A stretch of DNA of 64,000 nucleotides from Planctomycetota bacterium (GTDB taxonomy: Bacteria; Planctomycetota; UBA1135; UBA2386), in the NCBI GenBank assembly GCA_965228735.1, contig OZ245838.1:5184001-5248000 (forward strand). The letters run 5' to 3'. Below the pieces are notes generated by a model, which saw only the letters and a list, made by a program, of their open reading frames with translations, was not told the origin of the DNA and made no database searches. Every line of letters starts with the position of its first letter. Position 1 is the stretch's first letter. Position numbers and translations under genes: made by a program. Of this stretch, positions 10,440 through 20,565 are shown piece by piece.

Positions 10440-12452
10440 ATGGCGAAGAGCCGAATCCCAGAAGGAATCACAAGAGAGCACGTTGGCCAAGCACTCGTGG
10501 ACTTCCGACGCGGCGCCGCTCACGAGTTCGGCGAGTCGACGCATTATGACCTCCTCCACGAAGGAGACCGATTCCCGCCGAAGGCGATCATCGGCCTGGC
10601 GGCGCAACGTGCCACAGGACGGCTACTGACCCCTAAAGACTTCAGCGGGGGCGAAGGGTCAAAATGCTTCAGGGTGCTACGTAAGCTCGGTTTCGTGGTG
10701 GAGCCGAAACCGACACCTGCTTGGGATCTTGAGCCCGGCGACGAGATGAAGCGCACCGAGCTTCACGCTCGGTTCGGCGGCCGCCGGCAGGGTGGTATCG
10801 CGCCATCCAGCACCTCACCGAACGTGCTGATCTTCACCGCGCCGGAGTCAGGCGAGCAGCGGGGCTACTTCGACGGCTGGCAGGACGACGGGTCATTCCA
10901 CTACACGGGCGAGGGGCAGAGGGGTGACATGCAAATGGTGCAGGGGAACAAGGCCATCCTCGAGCATCGACGAGACGGTCGAAGCATCCGTCTGTTCGAA
11001 GGCGCGCGAGGGGTCGTGACCTACAGAGGCGAGCTCGCCGTCGACGAAGCTCAACCCTTCCACCGAACGGATGGACCTGAGAAGGGCAGCGATCTGATCC
11101 GTGAAGTGATCGTGTTCCATCTCGTCCCCGTGGACAGACCCGTTCAACCGGTTCGCGTGCGGGCTTCTCCTCCCGCCTTGGTCGTCGATCACATCGCTCC
11201 TGAGGCGGCCGCCACCGATACTTTCGGAGTCAGGTCCAGCGGCCAGCCTAGAGAGGCGGAGCGACGAGAGAGCAAGCTTGTGGCGGACTACCGCGCCTTC
11301 TGTGGGAGTCAGGGACGACGACTTGTGCGCCAGAAGATCTGCCCCCCAGGCGAGCAACCTCTCTACACCGACCTCTTCGACGAGACCAAGAACCTGCTGA
11401 TCGAAGCGAAGGGCTCTGTGACGCGCGAATCAATCCGAATGGCCATCGGGCAATTGCTAGACTACCAGAGGTTCATTGAGCCGAAGCCGGGGCTGGCCGT
11501 GCTACTGCCGACCAAGCCCCGGAATGACCTGCTGGAGCTTCTGCGGGCCCTTCGGATCATCCTGATCTATCGCGACGGCGGCGAGATCAAGCTCATTGAC
11601 CACAGCGATGTCGACCGCTACCGGCAATCGTTGTTAAGCACCCTGGCAAATATCACAGGTTTCATCCGTGAGCTCGAGGTGCTGCGCGACATCTACGACG
11701 ATCATTGGCGGATCGAGATCGCAGCCGAGATCCAGGACGCTGACCTAAGTGGTGGATCGTTCGGAAGTCAGCGCTGCCCCCTTTTCTTCCTGTTCAAAGA
11801 CGACCCGTCGCCACTCCGCGACCTCGACAAACGCCTGCTGGCCCTTCGACTGTTAGACCCCAATGCCCTCGAGGCGAAGATCCGCGAGATCCGCGCGTGC
11901 AGGCTCGATATGAAGCAGCTGGAGCACCTGTTCGAGCTGGGTGTCCTCGGTGTCTTTGCCCAGCAAGCATGCTTGGAAGAAGTTGAGGTGCCGGTCGGCC
12001 CCGGCACAGTCGACGGACGATTGCGACTTCAAGAGCGGTCGATACTGATCGAGGTGACGCTCACAACCCAACAGCTTCTGGCGACTGGTCCGGGAGTCTT
12101 TTCGATCGCCATCGAGACGCTGACGAAACAGATCGAGCTCAAGGTGCGCAAGAAGGTGGCTGACTCAAGACAGCTCGCCCTAGCCGACTCCACGCCGGCG
12201 ATCCTGGTGATCGGCTTGCATCCATTCGCGGCGGATCAGCATGCCGCTAGATGGGGAATCGAGGAGTGCTTCGCCAGGGCCGAGTATGCTTCAGCCTCAG
12301 CGGTCGTAGTCAGTGACTCGTGGAAGTTCTCGGAGACTCGACTTCATGTGAATCCAAACGCGAAGAATCCCCTCAACGACGCTGAGCTCCAGCGTCTACG
12401 GGAGTGCCTCGTCGCGGCCGCAGCGAGCTCGGCTACGCATGGGGCACAGTAG
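10440..12452 (+). CDS. Modification-dependent restriction protein: ScoMcrA-like head + SRA-like domain + PD-(D/E)xK nuclease + extra C-terminal domain
   Basis: FPPKAIIGLA..DFSGG head; GGRRQGGI..YFDGW..FHYTGEGQRGD..GNKAI SRA-like; TDLFD..LIEAK..AIGQLLDY nuclease. Confidence 0.8.
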   Translation: MAKSRIPEGITREHVGQALVDFRRGAAHEFGESTHYDLLHEGDRFPPKAIIGLAAQRATGRLLTPKDFSGGEGSKCFRVLRKLGFVVEPKPTPAWDLEPGDEMKRTELHARFGGRRQGGIAPSSTSPNVLIFTAPESGEQRGYFDGWQDDGSFHYTGEGQRGDMQMVQGNKAILEHRRDGRSIRLFEGARGVVTYRGELAVDEAQPFHRTDGPEKGSDLIREVIVFHLVPVDRPVQPVRVRASPPALVVDHIAPEAAATDTFGVRSSGQPREAERRESKLVADYRAFCGSQGRRLVRQKICPPGEQPLYTDLFDETKNLLIEAKGSVTRESIRMAIGQLLDYQRFIEPKPGLAVLLPTKPRNDLLELLRALRIILIYRDGGEIKLIDHSDVDRYRQSLLSTLANITGFIRELEVLRDIYDDHWRIEIAAEIQDADLSGGSFGSQRCPLFFLFKDDPSPLRDLDKRLLALRLLDPNALEAKIREIRACRLDMKQLEHLFELGVLGVFAQQACLEEVEVPVGPGTVDGRLRLQERSILIEVTLTTQQLLATGPGVFSIAIETLTKQIELKVRKKVADSRQLALADSTPAILVIGLHPFAADQHAARWGIEECFARAEYASASAVVVSDSWKFSETRLHVNPNAKNPLNDAELQRLRECLVAAAASSATHGAQ

Positions 12453-12479
12453 GGCTGAAGAGACAGTAGCCTGTATGGG

Positions 12480-13421
12480 ATGCAGGGATGGACACAGCAG
12501 GAGTTGGCGAGTGACGCCCAACAGCACAGCTCGTCCAACGCCGAGCGTTGGCCGCACCACGTCGACTTCCTCGACAACACGGCGGCCGCCATGATCGAAG
12601 CGAGCTGGATCCACCCGTGGATCGATTTCCGCGCCGACGTCGTGCGAGCTGGGCGGGAGTTCATGGCAGGGCGCCTCGTCGTTCCCGATCACGTAGCCCG
12701 AACCTCAAGCGTTGGATACCCAGATGGCCTGCCGGGCAGCGACGAGGAGGCTCAGTCCTACTCACTAAACCTTCTGACCGGCAGCGCACTCAGGTCCCTC
12801 TGTCGGTCAGGGTATCTCGCCCTCTGCGGCCTCCCATTGGAATCAGTTGGCGTGCATCGCCGAACGATCGAGACGCTCCTTCAGATTGACGTCCTCGTCG
12901 ATGACATCTCATTGAGCCGCCCGTGTTGCGGCCTCGCGTTCTCTGGCGACCGAAAGAACCGCAAGCAGAATGAGTTCTACCGCGCGATGGCGCGAAGGAC
13001 CCAGGTGATCAACAACTTGCAGGTGCCTGAGACAGACCTAACGCCCCTCGAGCGCGAGCTGCGGCGCAGCGCTAATGACGCGGGGCTTCACCTTGGCCCG
13101 CATGCAGGCCTGCAACATGGAGTCGCTGGAAAGCGCTGGGACAAGGTGAATGCGCTCAACGAGTTTGACCCGTTCGACGTTGGCCAGACAGAGGTTGGCC
13201 CGTTCTTGTGGCGGTACGCGGCACAAACTTGGAGGCTCTGCACGGTCCTTCTGCCGAAGCTCGACTGGGTTGACTCTGACAAGTGGCTCGCGGCATCACC
13301 ATCTCTCGAAGACATGTCGGCTCAGATCGAGACCCAAGACCGAGAAAGGAGAAAAGACCCCTCCGACGGAACAACCCCCTGGTCCAACTTGCCCAAGGGC
13401 ACTACCCCTAGTCCGAGTTAG
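12480..13421 (+). CDS. Hypothetical helical protein, weak HEPN/DUF5677-like pattern
   Basis: 313-aa ORF 27 bp after the previous gene; G...S....RRTIE and RRSANDAGLH patterns. Confidence 0.6.
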   Translation: MQGWTQQELASDAQQHSSSNAERWPHHVDFLDNTAAAMIEASWIHPWIDFRADVVRAGREFMAGRLVVPDHVARTSSVGYPDGLPGSDEEAQSYSLNLLTGSALRSLCRSGYLALCGLPLESVGVHRRTIETLLQIDVLVDDISLSRPCCGLAFSGDRKNRKQNEFYRAMARRTQVINNLQVPETDLTPLERELRRSANDAGLHLGPHAGLQHGVAGKRWDKVNALNEFDPFDVGQTEVGPFLWRYAAQTWRLCTVLLPKLDWVDSDKWLAASPSLEDMSAQIETQDRERRKDPSDGTTPWSNLPKGTTPSPS

Positions 13422-13687
13422 TTCGCACTCAAGCAGTCTGGTCTACCAAGAGCCGCTTGATAATCGCACACACCCCGAGGAAGCCACGTTGTGCGGTGCC
13501 AATCGGGAAGACGTCCGAGCCCCCCCCCAGTGTGCAAGGTCACCGCTCCGCGCAACTACGGGATGTTGCAGGGGGGGGCGGGGGTCGATCGCGTGCCGTC
13601 ACAGACTCTTGTCAGTCATCAACCGTGAGTGATTCCACACTCCGATCCAGGAGTCCTAAGCTCGGCGCCCGCGTCGTTTCCTCCGTC

Positions 13688-13813
13688 AAAAAGGAAGCTG
13701 AGGCCTTCCCGCGATCGCCACAGGTTCGCGAGGTCGTCGATCTGCAGCTCGACTATCCGGCGTCGCTGTCAGTCAACCTCCGGACGACCATGCTCGCATC
13801 GCGCGCGGGTCCA
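13688..13813 (-). pseudogene. Degraded paralogous fragment of the C-terminus of the 37119-38630 protein
   Basis: Hand translation WTRARCEHGRPEVD*QRRRIVELQIDDLANL aligns without gaps to WLRAPYEFRDPDAVRPQRQLVELRIDDIAGL. Confidence 0.65.
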
Positions 13814-13953
13814 CGCGTCGTAGCGGCCTCCCCTGGCTCCGACCGACCATGCACGCCGGTTGAGGGGCAGTGCGCGACTACAGCGCTTGTTGGCTCAGAA
13901 GCAACGCGCCACGCGTCTGCAGGCTGTTGGAGGCCGGGCCTCGTTGGCTTCGC

Positions 13954-14184
13954 TCAGACCCGAAGCTCGGGCAACAGGTCCGTCGCTGCGGCGCCATACA
14001 CCTTCACGAAGTCCTCGAACTCGAGCACGTCAACCCGCCGTTCCCCGGTCTCGCACCGCGAGACGAACGACTGCGGCTTGCGGAGTTTAGCCGCCGCCTG
14101 CACCTGGGTCAGGCCGGCGTCCTCTCTGGCCTGCCGGAGGCGGGCCAGGAACTCGCGGTAGCGGCGTGAGTGCAGGGAGCCCAT
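13954..14184 (-). CDS. XRE-family HTH regulator (controller/C-protein-like)
   Basis: RLRQAREDAGLTQVQAA..L..PQSFVSRCETGERRVD, 76 aa. Confidence 0.92.
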   Translation of the reverse strand: MGSLHSRRYREFLARLRQAREDAGLTQVQAAAKLRKPQSFVSRCETGERRVDVLEFEDFVKVYGAAATDLLPELRV

Positions 14185-14230
14185 GCGAACCGCGCCGGCT
14201 GACCTGCCGACGCCATGAGGCGAAAGCTAG

Positions 14231-14260
14231 ATGCGAGAATTGCATATGCAGAAACTGCAT
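14231..14260. promoter_or_regulatory. Two abutting 15-bp palindromic operators
   Basis: ATGCGA-gaa-TTGCAT (one mismatch) immediately followed by perfect ATGCAG-aaa-CTGCAT, upstream of the XRE gene. Confidence 0.65.
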
Positions 14261-14348
14261 AGTTGGCTGCCGGAACAGCCGACAAGAGGTTCATGGACCC
14301 GCTGAATCTGAGCGAGGCTGCCGCCTGCAGAGCCGCTGGAGTCAATCG

Positions 14349-14846
14349 ATGGTAGAGCCAGTTCGAACAGGCGCACTCCAGCGGGTGCGGGAGGCCACCG
14401 AGGCTGAGCTCTCCTCGACGTTGCGGCGGCTCGATCTCGAGCGCTTGCCCGCTCGACGAGGCGAAGAGTCCATTGATGCCGCGATCGATCGGCTGCTGCC
14501 GACGTTCGTTGAGGTAGCGTTGGCTGAGGCCGCGAGCTTCGCGATGGAGGGTGGATCGCTACCTGTGGAGTCCGCCGCCAGTGCGTTGGGGGCGCGTTCG
14601 CCGGCCGAGATGCGCCTCTTCGTGGCGGATTGGATCCTGCGTGCCGATCTCGCCTCGCCTGACTTGCGGAGCGAAGATGGTGCTTGGGATCGTCGGCGGC
14701 AGGTGTTCGAGGGAGTGTGTCGCCGAGGATTCGCGGACTTGAGTCAGGGTCGGGTAGCGGAGTCTCCCGGGATTGGCGTGAAGGGGCTGTCGGTGATCCT
14801 GGGCATCCTTTTGATCATCGGGCTGATCAAGATCCTCAGCCCCTGA
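14349..14846 (+). CDS. Hypothetical protein with C-terminal transmembrane helix
   Basis: GGAG before ATG 14349; C-terminal LSVILGILLIIGLI. Confidence 0.55.
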   Translation: MVEPVRTGALQRVREATEAELSSTLRRLDLERLPARRGEESIDAAIDRLLPTFVEVALAEAASFAMEGGSLPVESAASALGARSPAEMRLFVADWILRADLASPDLRSEDGAWDRRRQVFEGVCRRGFADLSQGRVAESPGIGVKGLSVILGILLIIGLIKILSP

Positions 14847-15202
14847 CCCCCGGGTGCAACGGTTGGCTGGAGTCTTGCTGGTGCGCGATCCGGCGAGTGT
14901 CGAACGCCCGCAATCGCAAGAAGCGGGACGACGGTCGCGCCAGTCGGGTGCTACCGAGTTCGGTGATTGTCCCGAGCGTCCGGACGAAAGAGCTGGCCAG
15001 GATCCGCGAGCTAGGTCGGTGCGGGGTGAGCTTCGTCGATCATCGATGGCCGATGGGGCTGCGGTGCTCAGCGACGAGTGACGTGAGAGCCGCAGCGGGC
15101 GAGCGTGGCCGGCTGCGATCGTGCGGGGACGTGGTGAGCCGGTAGCCGTTCGGTGGTGTGCCCTTCGTGGCACCCCTCGTCTATGCTTCGACTCGGAGCA
15201 AG

Positions 15203-15721
15203 ATGGCGATACAGACCTCTGCACGTGTTTGGGCAGTGCTCGCTTTGGCCGCGTGTGCGACACCGGTCGAAGTCGACCCGTTGCAGACCGCCAAGCCCGT
15301 GCTCGCCGAGACGTTCGGTTGCATGCTCACTGCCGATGCGTCCATCGCCGAGGGTTGGCTTGGTCCGGATCCGGAATCCGTGTTGGCTATCGAGCGCATC
15401 GAAGGCCGGCCGGACTTCACAGGAACGTGGATCGAATGGAGCTACGGTGGTTGGTGGGCCGAGCGCGGGGCTGAGTCGTGTTGGGACGGGACGCTTCTCG
15501 AGCCAGGGTGCCGCTATCGGGTGCGCGGCTACGAGGTTGCTGTGTTCCGCGGTCTTGTCAATCTCGTCGAAGGCAGCCGGCACATCACGTGGGACGACGC
15601 CCCTTCCGATTCTCGCGGCGCTTCATTCTGCCAGTTCCGTAACGTGTTCCGCGTCGTCGAGGCGCAATTGCTGGAGTCCGGCGCGCAGGCAGAGCCGGAC
15701 GCATCGCTCAAACTGAAATGA
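15203..15721 (+). CDS. Putative lipoprotein
   Basis: GGAG before ATG 15203; signal peptide with lipobox LAAC. Confidence 0.6.
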   Translation: MAIQTSARVWAVLALAACATPVEVDPLQTAKPVLAETFGCMLTADASIAEGWLGPDPESVLAIERIEGRPDFTGTWIEWSYGGWWAERGAESCWDGTLLEPGCRYRVRGYEVAVFRGLVNLVEGSRHITWDDAPSDSRGASFCQFRNVFRVVEAQLLESGAQAEPDASLKLK

Positions 15722-15724
15722 GCC

Positions 15725-16141
15725 GTGGGCAAGCCAGCCGGAACCAAGAACGTCACCGACGAAGAGCGCGAACGCATTCGTGAGCTCTACCGGCAGGGCA
15801 TGCGTTTGATGGACATCGTGGAGACCGTGGGGCGCTCACAGTCCGTCGTCTACCGCACCGTTTGCGGCATGAGGCGGCCGCGCCTACCGTTCCGGCACTA
15901 CAAGAACGACAAGCGCAACGATCGCATCCTGCGGCTCATCGAGGAGGGGCGGACGCATGCCGACGTGGCTCGCACTGTCGGGCTGTCGCCCCGCCAGATC
16001 GGCTACATCGTCGAGCGCCATCCGAGGATCGCGGAGCTACTCCATCACGAGGGCTGGAAGCCGTCCGAGGTGTCGGAGCTCTACCGGATCTCGATCGAGA
16101 AGGCGCAGCGGATCAAACGGCGGAGGCCAAGCGACAATTAG
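15725..16141 (+). CDS. Protein with tandem HTH repeats
   Basis: Three 'L..EG....DI/VA...G.S...V..I' type units. Confidence 0.75.
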   Translation: MGKPAGTKNVTDEERERIRELYRQGMRLMDIVETVGRSQSVVYRTVCGMRRPRLPFRHYKNDKRNDRILRLIEEGRTHADVARTVGLSPRQIGYIVERHPRIAELLHHEGWKPSEVSELYRISIEKAQRIKRRRPSDN

Positions 16142-16578
16142 CCGCCCTCGCTGGGTTCTGCTCTTTGGCGCGAGCGGTTGACGATGAATGGTGCCCAGGC
16201 GAGTGCAGCTACAAAGAACGTCATCCAGCAATGACCATGGAGTGCTGTCCATGGCTCGACAGCTGTGTGCTTTCGTAGCACGGGGCCGACCCGGGGAGTG
16301 CTTGGTGGGCCAGAGTCGGCATACTTCTGGAGTTCTACCGATGCCGCATGGAGCAAGGTCCGTGGGCGGTCCATCGCGATCATGTTGCTCACCGAGAAGA
16401 ACAGGTACACGATCGTGAGCATGGTCATGAGTCCGGCGCTCGTTCGAACGTGAGATTCCTTGAAGATGAAGCCGAGCATCGCAATCGAGACGACCTGGAA
16501 GATCGTCCAGTACGATGCAATGCTCTCGGCGCTGTCGTTGAAGATCGACAGCAACGTTTCCCGGATCGTGTCCATCAT
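16138..16578 (-). CDS. Hypothetical membrane protein
   Basis: About three hydrophobic segments. Confidence 0.6.
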   Translation of the reverse strand: MMDTIRETLLSIFNDSAESIASYWTIFQVVSIAMLGFIFKESHVRTSAGLMTMLTIVYLFFSVSNMIAMDRPRTLLHAASVELQKYADSGPPSTPRVGPVLRKHTAVEPWTALHGHCWMTFFVAALAWAPFIVNRSRQRAEPSEGG

Positions 16579-16975
16579 GACTCGGCCTACCTATCGATTT
16601 CGTGGGTAAGGGCGGTCGCGTCATCCGATTCCGGTCGGATTCCTTCCTCGTGTTCGCGACGGCCCCGATGATCGCGTTGACGGCCTGTCGGAGTCAATCC
16701 CCAGTCACGGCAAGCGCAGGGTCGCCCCGGTTCGCCAGTCGGATCTCCCACACTCAGGAACGCGAACGCCCTTCCGCATCGCGTCTGCTCTACCGCGAAG
16801 AGCGCCCTGCCCCTGCGCGTCTGTGAGCCTTGCTCCTGTCGTCTTCCCCACGTGGCTCAGAGCCTTCGCGAACGGTTACAACCACGCCGTCCAACACTGA
16901 GTCTCGGTGATTGAGACGGGGAGACGGGGTGCCGGACCCGGCCATAGACCAGCGTCCGTGGGGGCTTGGGCATCG

Positions 16976-17647
16976 TCACTCGCCGCCGGCGAAGACGACT
17001 CTTGACAGTCCCTGCGCCGAAACGATGAGTAAGCCGGCGAAGCCAACGCCGAAGAGTAGGGCGCACAACGCTGCAGGGATTGGCCTCGCTTTACGCCACG
17101 ACCGGAAGACCCGCCAGTACAACGCAGACACATCGGCATCGTTGGTGTTCACGTGGGCGGCCTTTGAGAGGCTTTCGATCATGTTGAGCTTCGCTCGGTA
17201 GTCCATCTCATCCCAGCCTTGGGGGCCAGGGATGCGCTCGTCGGAGAGCACGATGGCGAAAGTTTGCAACAACTCGTGGTAGTCCCGGTCTCGCCATACC
17301 CGGCGTCGCGGGTCAGGGACTAGCGAGGGAAGTTCCAGGCTCGTCCGTCCGCTTTCGCGGAACTCCGCATAGTCGCGGAAATTACGAATGATGGACGGGC
17401 AGTACGAGTAGTACAACGCGCCCGCCAAAGAGAATGCCAAAGCCGAGAAGTAGAAGACCATCCACGAGAACGGCAGTTCGAACTTCGGGATGCTCAGGCC
17501 GGCGATGACGATCGGGTCCGGCAGCGACCGGACTAGTCTCGCCGCGAGCGGGGTGATAATCAGCCAGATGAATGACCATCGGACGGCTTGGTTGCTGCCA
17601 AACCCTCGAAGACGATGCCAGCGTATGACGTGGAGGTTGGACAGCAT
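16976..17647 (-). CDS. Hypothetical membrane protein
   Basis: Two N-terminal and one C-terminal hydrophobic helices; start uncertain (17647 or 17722). Confidence 0.65.
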   Translation of the reverse strand: MLSNLHVIRWHRLRGFGSNQAVRWSFIWLIITPLAARLVRSLPDPIVIAGLSIPKFELPFSWMVFYFSALAFSLAGALYYSYCPSIIRNFRDYAEFRESGRTSLELPSLVPDPRRRVWRDRDYHELLQTFAIVLSDERIPGPQGWDEMDYRAKLNMIESLSKAAHVNTNDADVSALYWRVFRSWRKARPIPAALCALLFGVGFAGLLIVSAQGLSRVVFAGGE

Positions 17648-17910
17648 CTTGTCCCTCACCCGCGCTGTTCCGGGCTGGCTCGAGCGAGTCGCAGCGCCCG
17701 GTCGATCAGATCTTTCGCCCATAAGCGCTAGTGTAGCTAGTTGGTAGTCGAGCGGCGTCCCTCACCCAGCCCTCTCACTTCCAGGCTGCCGTCTGCGCTG
17801 CCCGTAGGTCTCGGAGGGCATCGCGAACCGCCTCCCGTAGCTGCGGGATCTGCTGCCGGTAGACCGTTGCCAGACGTCGCAGCTCGGCGACGAAAACCTC
17901 GGGGTGTCGT

Positions 17911-18198
17911 TCACCGTCGTTGCTGATCGGCTGTGGCGAGCATCTCGAACATTCGGACCGACTTGGGCCGCTCACCGACGTGATAGAGCATCTCGCCGGC
18001 TTCGCCAGTAATCGTCGCGGGGTAGCCGGTCTCCTCGGCGACCTCGCGCAGGGCTGCGGCCTCGAATGACTCGCCCGCGTCGAGCTTGCCCTTGGGGAGG
18101 CACCAGTCGTCGTAGCGGCTGCGGTGCACGAGCAGCAGCTCGCGGCGCTCCTTGTTGCGCCAGAGGACGCCGCCGGCAGCCAGAATGCGATCGCTCAT
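17911..18198 (-). pseudogene. C-terminally truncated NUDIX hydrolase
   Basis: Intact Nudix box GKLDAGESFEAAALREVAEETG, but only 95 aa; the usual C-terminal part is missing. Confidence 0.75.
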
Positions 18199-18254
18199 GC
18201 GCCTTCTTGTCGCAGGTTTTTGTCGCGGCCATCAGTATGGCTGGCACCCCTGAT

Positions 18255-20267
18255 CTAATGGAATGTGATGTCTTGGTAGAGTTGCTTCTTGCCGCGCGGG
18301 ATCTCTAGCGACTTGGGTTCGAACCAGAGTGAGGCGAAGAAAGAGTCTGCTTTCGACGCCTGGATGGTATACGATCCGGGAGGAAGCCGTAACCTAAAGT
18401 ATCCACGAGCATCGCTAATCGCCTTACCAAAACGTGTTAAAGGAACACTAGTGCTTGCGTCTGGTGGCGTGCCTGACATAGTCAATTCAACTCTTCCGAG
18501 GCTCTGAGTGCCCCTTCTTGTGAATCCCTCGACTAGCGTCCCAGTCTGGAGCTGAAGATCAGCTCTTGCCGATTCTCCATCCTTCGTCACAGAGTGATTG
18601 CCGGTCACCAAGGTGCAGAAACGCGGGTGCGTGACTGTTAGATTGTAGTCCGCCAGCCCCAGCCTTTGAAGGATGAAGGCTCCCGAATTGTCGGTGTGAG
18701 TATGCGCGACGGTATAGTGTATTGGAAGAAAAGCGCTGAGTAGCCCCATGTCGATCTCCGTGCTGATTCGCGCGCCAGATACCGGGTTGCCGCTTGTGTC
18801 GGTGACGAGGCCGTGAATCGACGCTCCGAGGGCAAGTTTGGCCTCAACCGTGACCGGAGGGCCTGGTTGAACTGCAAAGACCGGCGAAAGCGACTTGGCA
18901 TGGGCGCTATGCTCGATCAGTAGGCGGCAGTTCATTGGGAATCCTCGAGGACTCCTGTGAACTGGTAGGCGGACGGTGGCCCACGCTTTATTTGGATCGG
19001 CGGCGTAGTCTGACGGAGTCACAGCTATTCTCGAGAGCCCTACGGGTGTAAGGTTGGGGCCGAGTAGCTGGGCGCGGTACGACTTTACAGGGCGGCCGTC
19101 TACTGCGTGGACTCGAAGTCTTATCGAGGGTGGTCGCGGTAGGGTAAGTCGGAGGTTTGCGCTGTCCGTGGCCCGCCTCGCTTCAGTCGGCCAATAGTCT
19201 GGGTGCGCCGTGGTCACACGGTAGATTCCCTTGCGCAGTCGAGCTCTGAATCGGCCGGACTTGTCGGTGGTCCTGCGTTCGGCGACGGATTCATTTGCTG
19301 GTGATTCGGGCGTATTGGCGTCTGATGGCGCTTGGTTCCTAGCCGCGATAGTTGGGTTTCCGGTTATCGTTATTCGAGCACCTTGCACGGGGCTGCCGTC
19401 GCTATCAACGACCAAGCCCTGCAGCGTCTCGCCTCGGGTCATCGCAATCCTCACTGAAGCAGATTCTGGGCTAGCGGACGCCGATCTCTCCCGAAGTCGC
19501 CGGGACGCGTATCCGTTGGCTTTCGCGAGCAAGAGGACCTTGCCTCGGGTGGGGGCCGCGCTGAACCGGAAACTCCCTCGCGAATCGGTAGTAGCCCAAG
19601 TGCCGCTCTCGGCTATTGGCGTGAACATCGGGTCTATGTACATGCTGGGCTTCTGGGTTAGGCATACACGGGCGCCCGAGATTCCCGCTCCCGTGTCTTC
19701 ATCAAGCACAAGGCCAGCGAGCGTTACTCCTTGATCCAGGGTGATATCTCCCATGTCGTGCCATGGGGTTGCTGCGAGCTGTGCCGCTTGAAAGGTGATC
19801 GGATAGTTGTTGTGCAGGATCTGGACGACGTATTTGGCTTGCGCGGCTTGCTGATTCGCGGGGCTCGATATCTTCATCTCAAATCGGCCGTCGGGCCCGG
19901 TTCGAGTCTCTTGGATGGGGTCCTGTGATTGCCCTAGTCTGGCATAGATTCCGGCTCGAATCGGATCACTCCACGAGCTTAGGGTTGCCAAGACCCGCGC
20001 CCTGTCGGCAGGTTCGCCATCTGGCTGTATGATGCGACCCCGTAGCCCCCGTATGGCATGTGAGCTATTGTCTGGGTCTATTCCAATCGTCTGTCCTCGT
20101 GGCTCCTCGTTCGCGGTGCTGCCGCTCGCCGAGTCATGCGTGATCCCTTGCGGCTTGCTGGCGTCCCCGTTGGCGCTAGCGTTGTCGGTGGTGGAGGCTA
20201 CGCAGATGAGTGCTGTGGGTATTGCGCAAGCCACCAGGGTGATGAGTATCCATGCACGCATTCGCAT
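18255..20267 (-). CDS. Exported protein with repeated carboxypeptidase-regulatory-like (prealbumin-fold) domains
   Basis: Signal/anchor, then repeats of G.V.D..G.PV.GARI...TD..G.F...L..G.Y. Confidence 0.85.
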   Translation of the reverse strand: MRMRAWILITLVACAIPTALICVASTTDNASANGDASKPQGITHDSASGSTANEEPRGQTIGIDPDNSSHAIRGLRGRIIQPDGEPADRARVLATLSSWSDPIRAGIYARLGQSQDPIQETRTGPDGRFEMKISSPANQQAAQAKYVVQILHNNYPITFQAAQLAATPWHDMGDITLDQGVTLAGLVLDEDTGAGISGARVCLTQKPSMYIDPMFTPIAESGTWATTDSRGSFRFSAAPTRGKVLLLAKANGYASRRLRERSASASPESASVRIAMTRGETLQGLVVDSDGSPVQGARITITGNPTIAARNQAPSDANTPESPANESVAERRTTDKSGRFRARLRKGIYRVTTAHPDYWPTEARRATDSANLRLTLPRPPSIRLRVHAVDGRPVKSYRAQLLGPNLTPVGLSRIAVTPSDYAADPNKAWATVRLPVHRSPRGFPMNCRLLIEHSAHAKSLSPVFAVQPGPPVTVEAKLALGASIHGLVTDTSGNPVSGARISTEIDMGLLSAFLPIHYTVAHTHTDNSGAFILQRLGLADYNLTVTHPRFCTLVTGNHSVTKDGESARADLQLQTGTLVEGFTRRGTQSLGRVELTMSGTPPDASTSVPLTRFGKAISDARGYFRLRLPPGSYTIQASKADSFFASLWFEPKSLEIPRGKKQLYQDITFH

Positions 20268-20565
20268 AATGTGTGGATTCCAGTGGCTGAATGGGGGGCA
20301 GTGGGGCTAGTCGGCGCGGGTCATATTGGGCGCGACGGGTGGTTGGTCCGCGGAGTCAACGATACGTAGAGCCTCAGCGCTGGCGCTGAAGGCATGATGC
20401 GTGGCCCCGAGCCGCGCGTCAAGGGGGGGGGCTTAGGTTGGCCTCAGCGATTCCGATGAGAGGGTGGGGCGTCTTGATTCGGCTATACTTGGCCGGCAAG
20501 ATTCTTAGTTTCTAGGCTCGCAAGCGAGTGGCTTGAGCGGGGCTTTGTGTTGGCGAGGAAGTGCG

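Noticed and set aside
13519..13579. C-run/G-run hairpin as terminator or element end
   Set aside because: Pairing is mostly homopolymer, with no U-tract and no second copy
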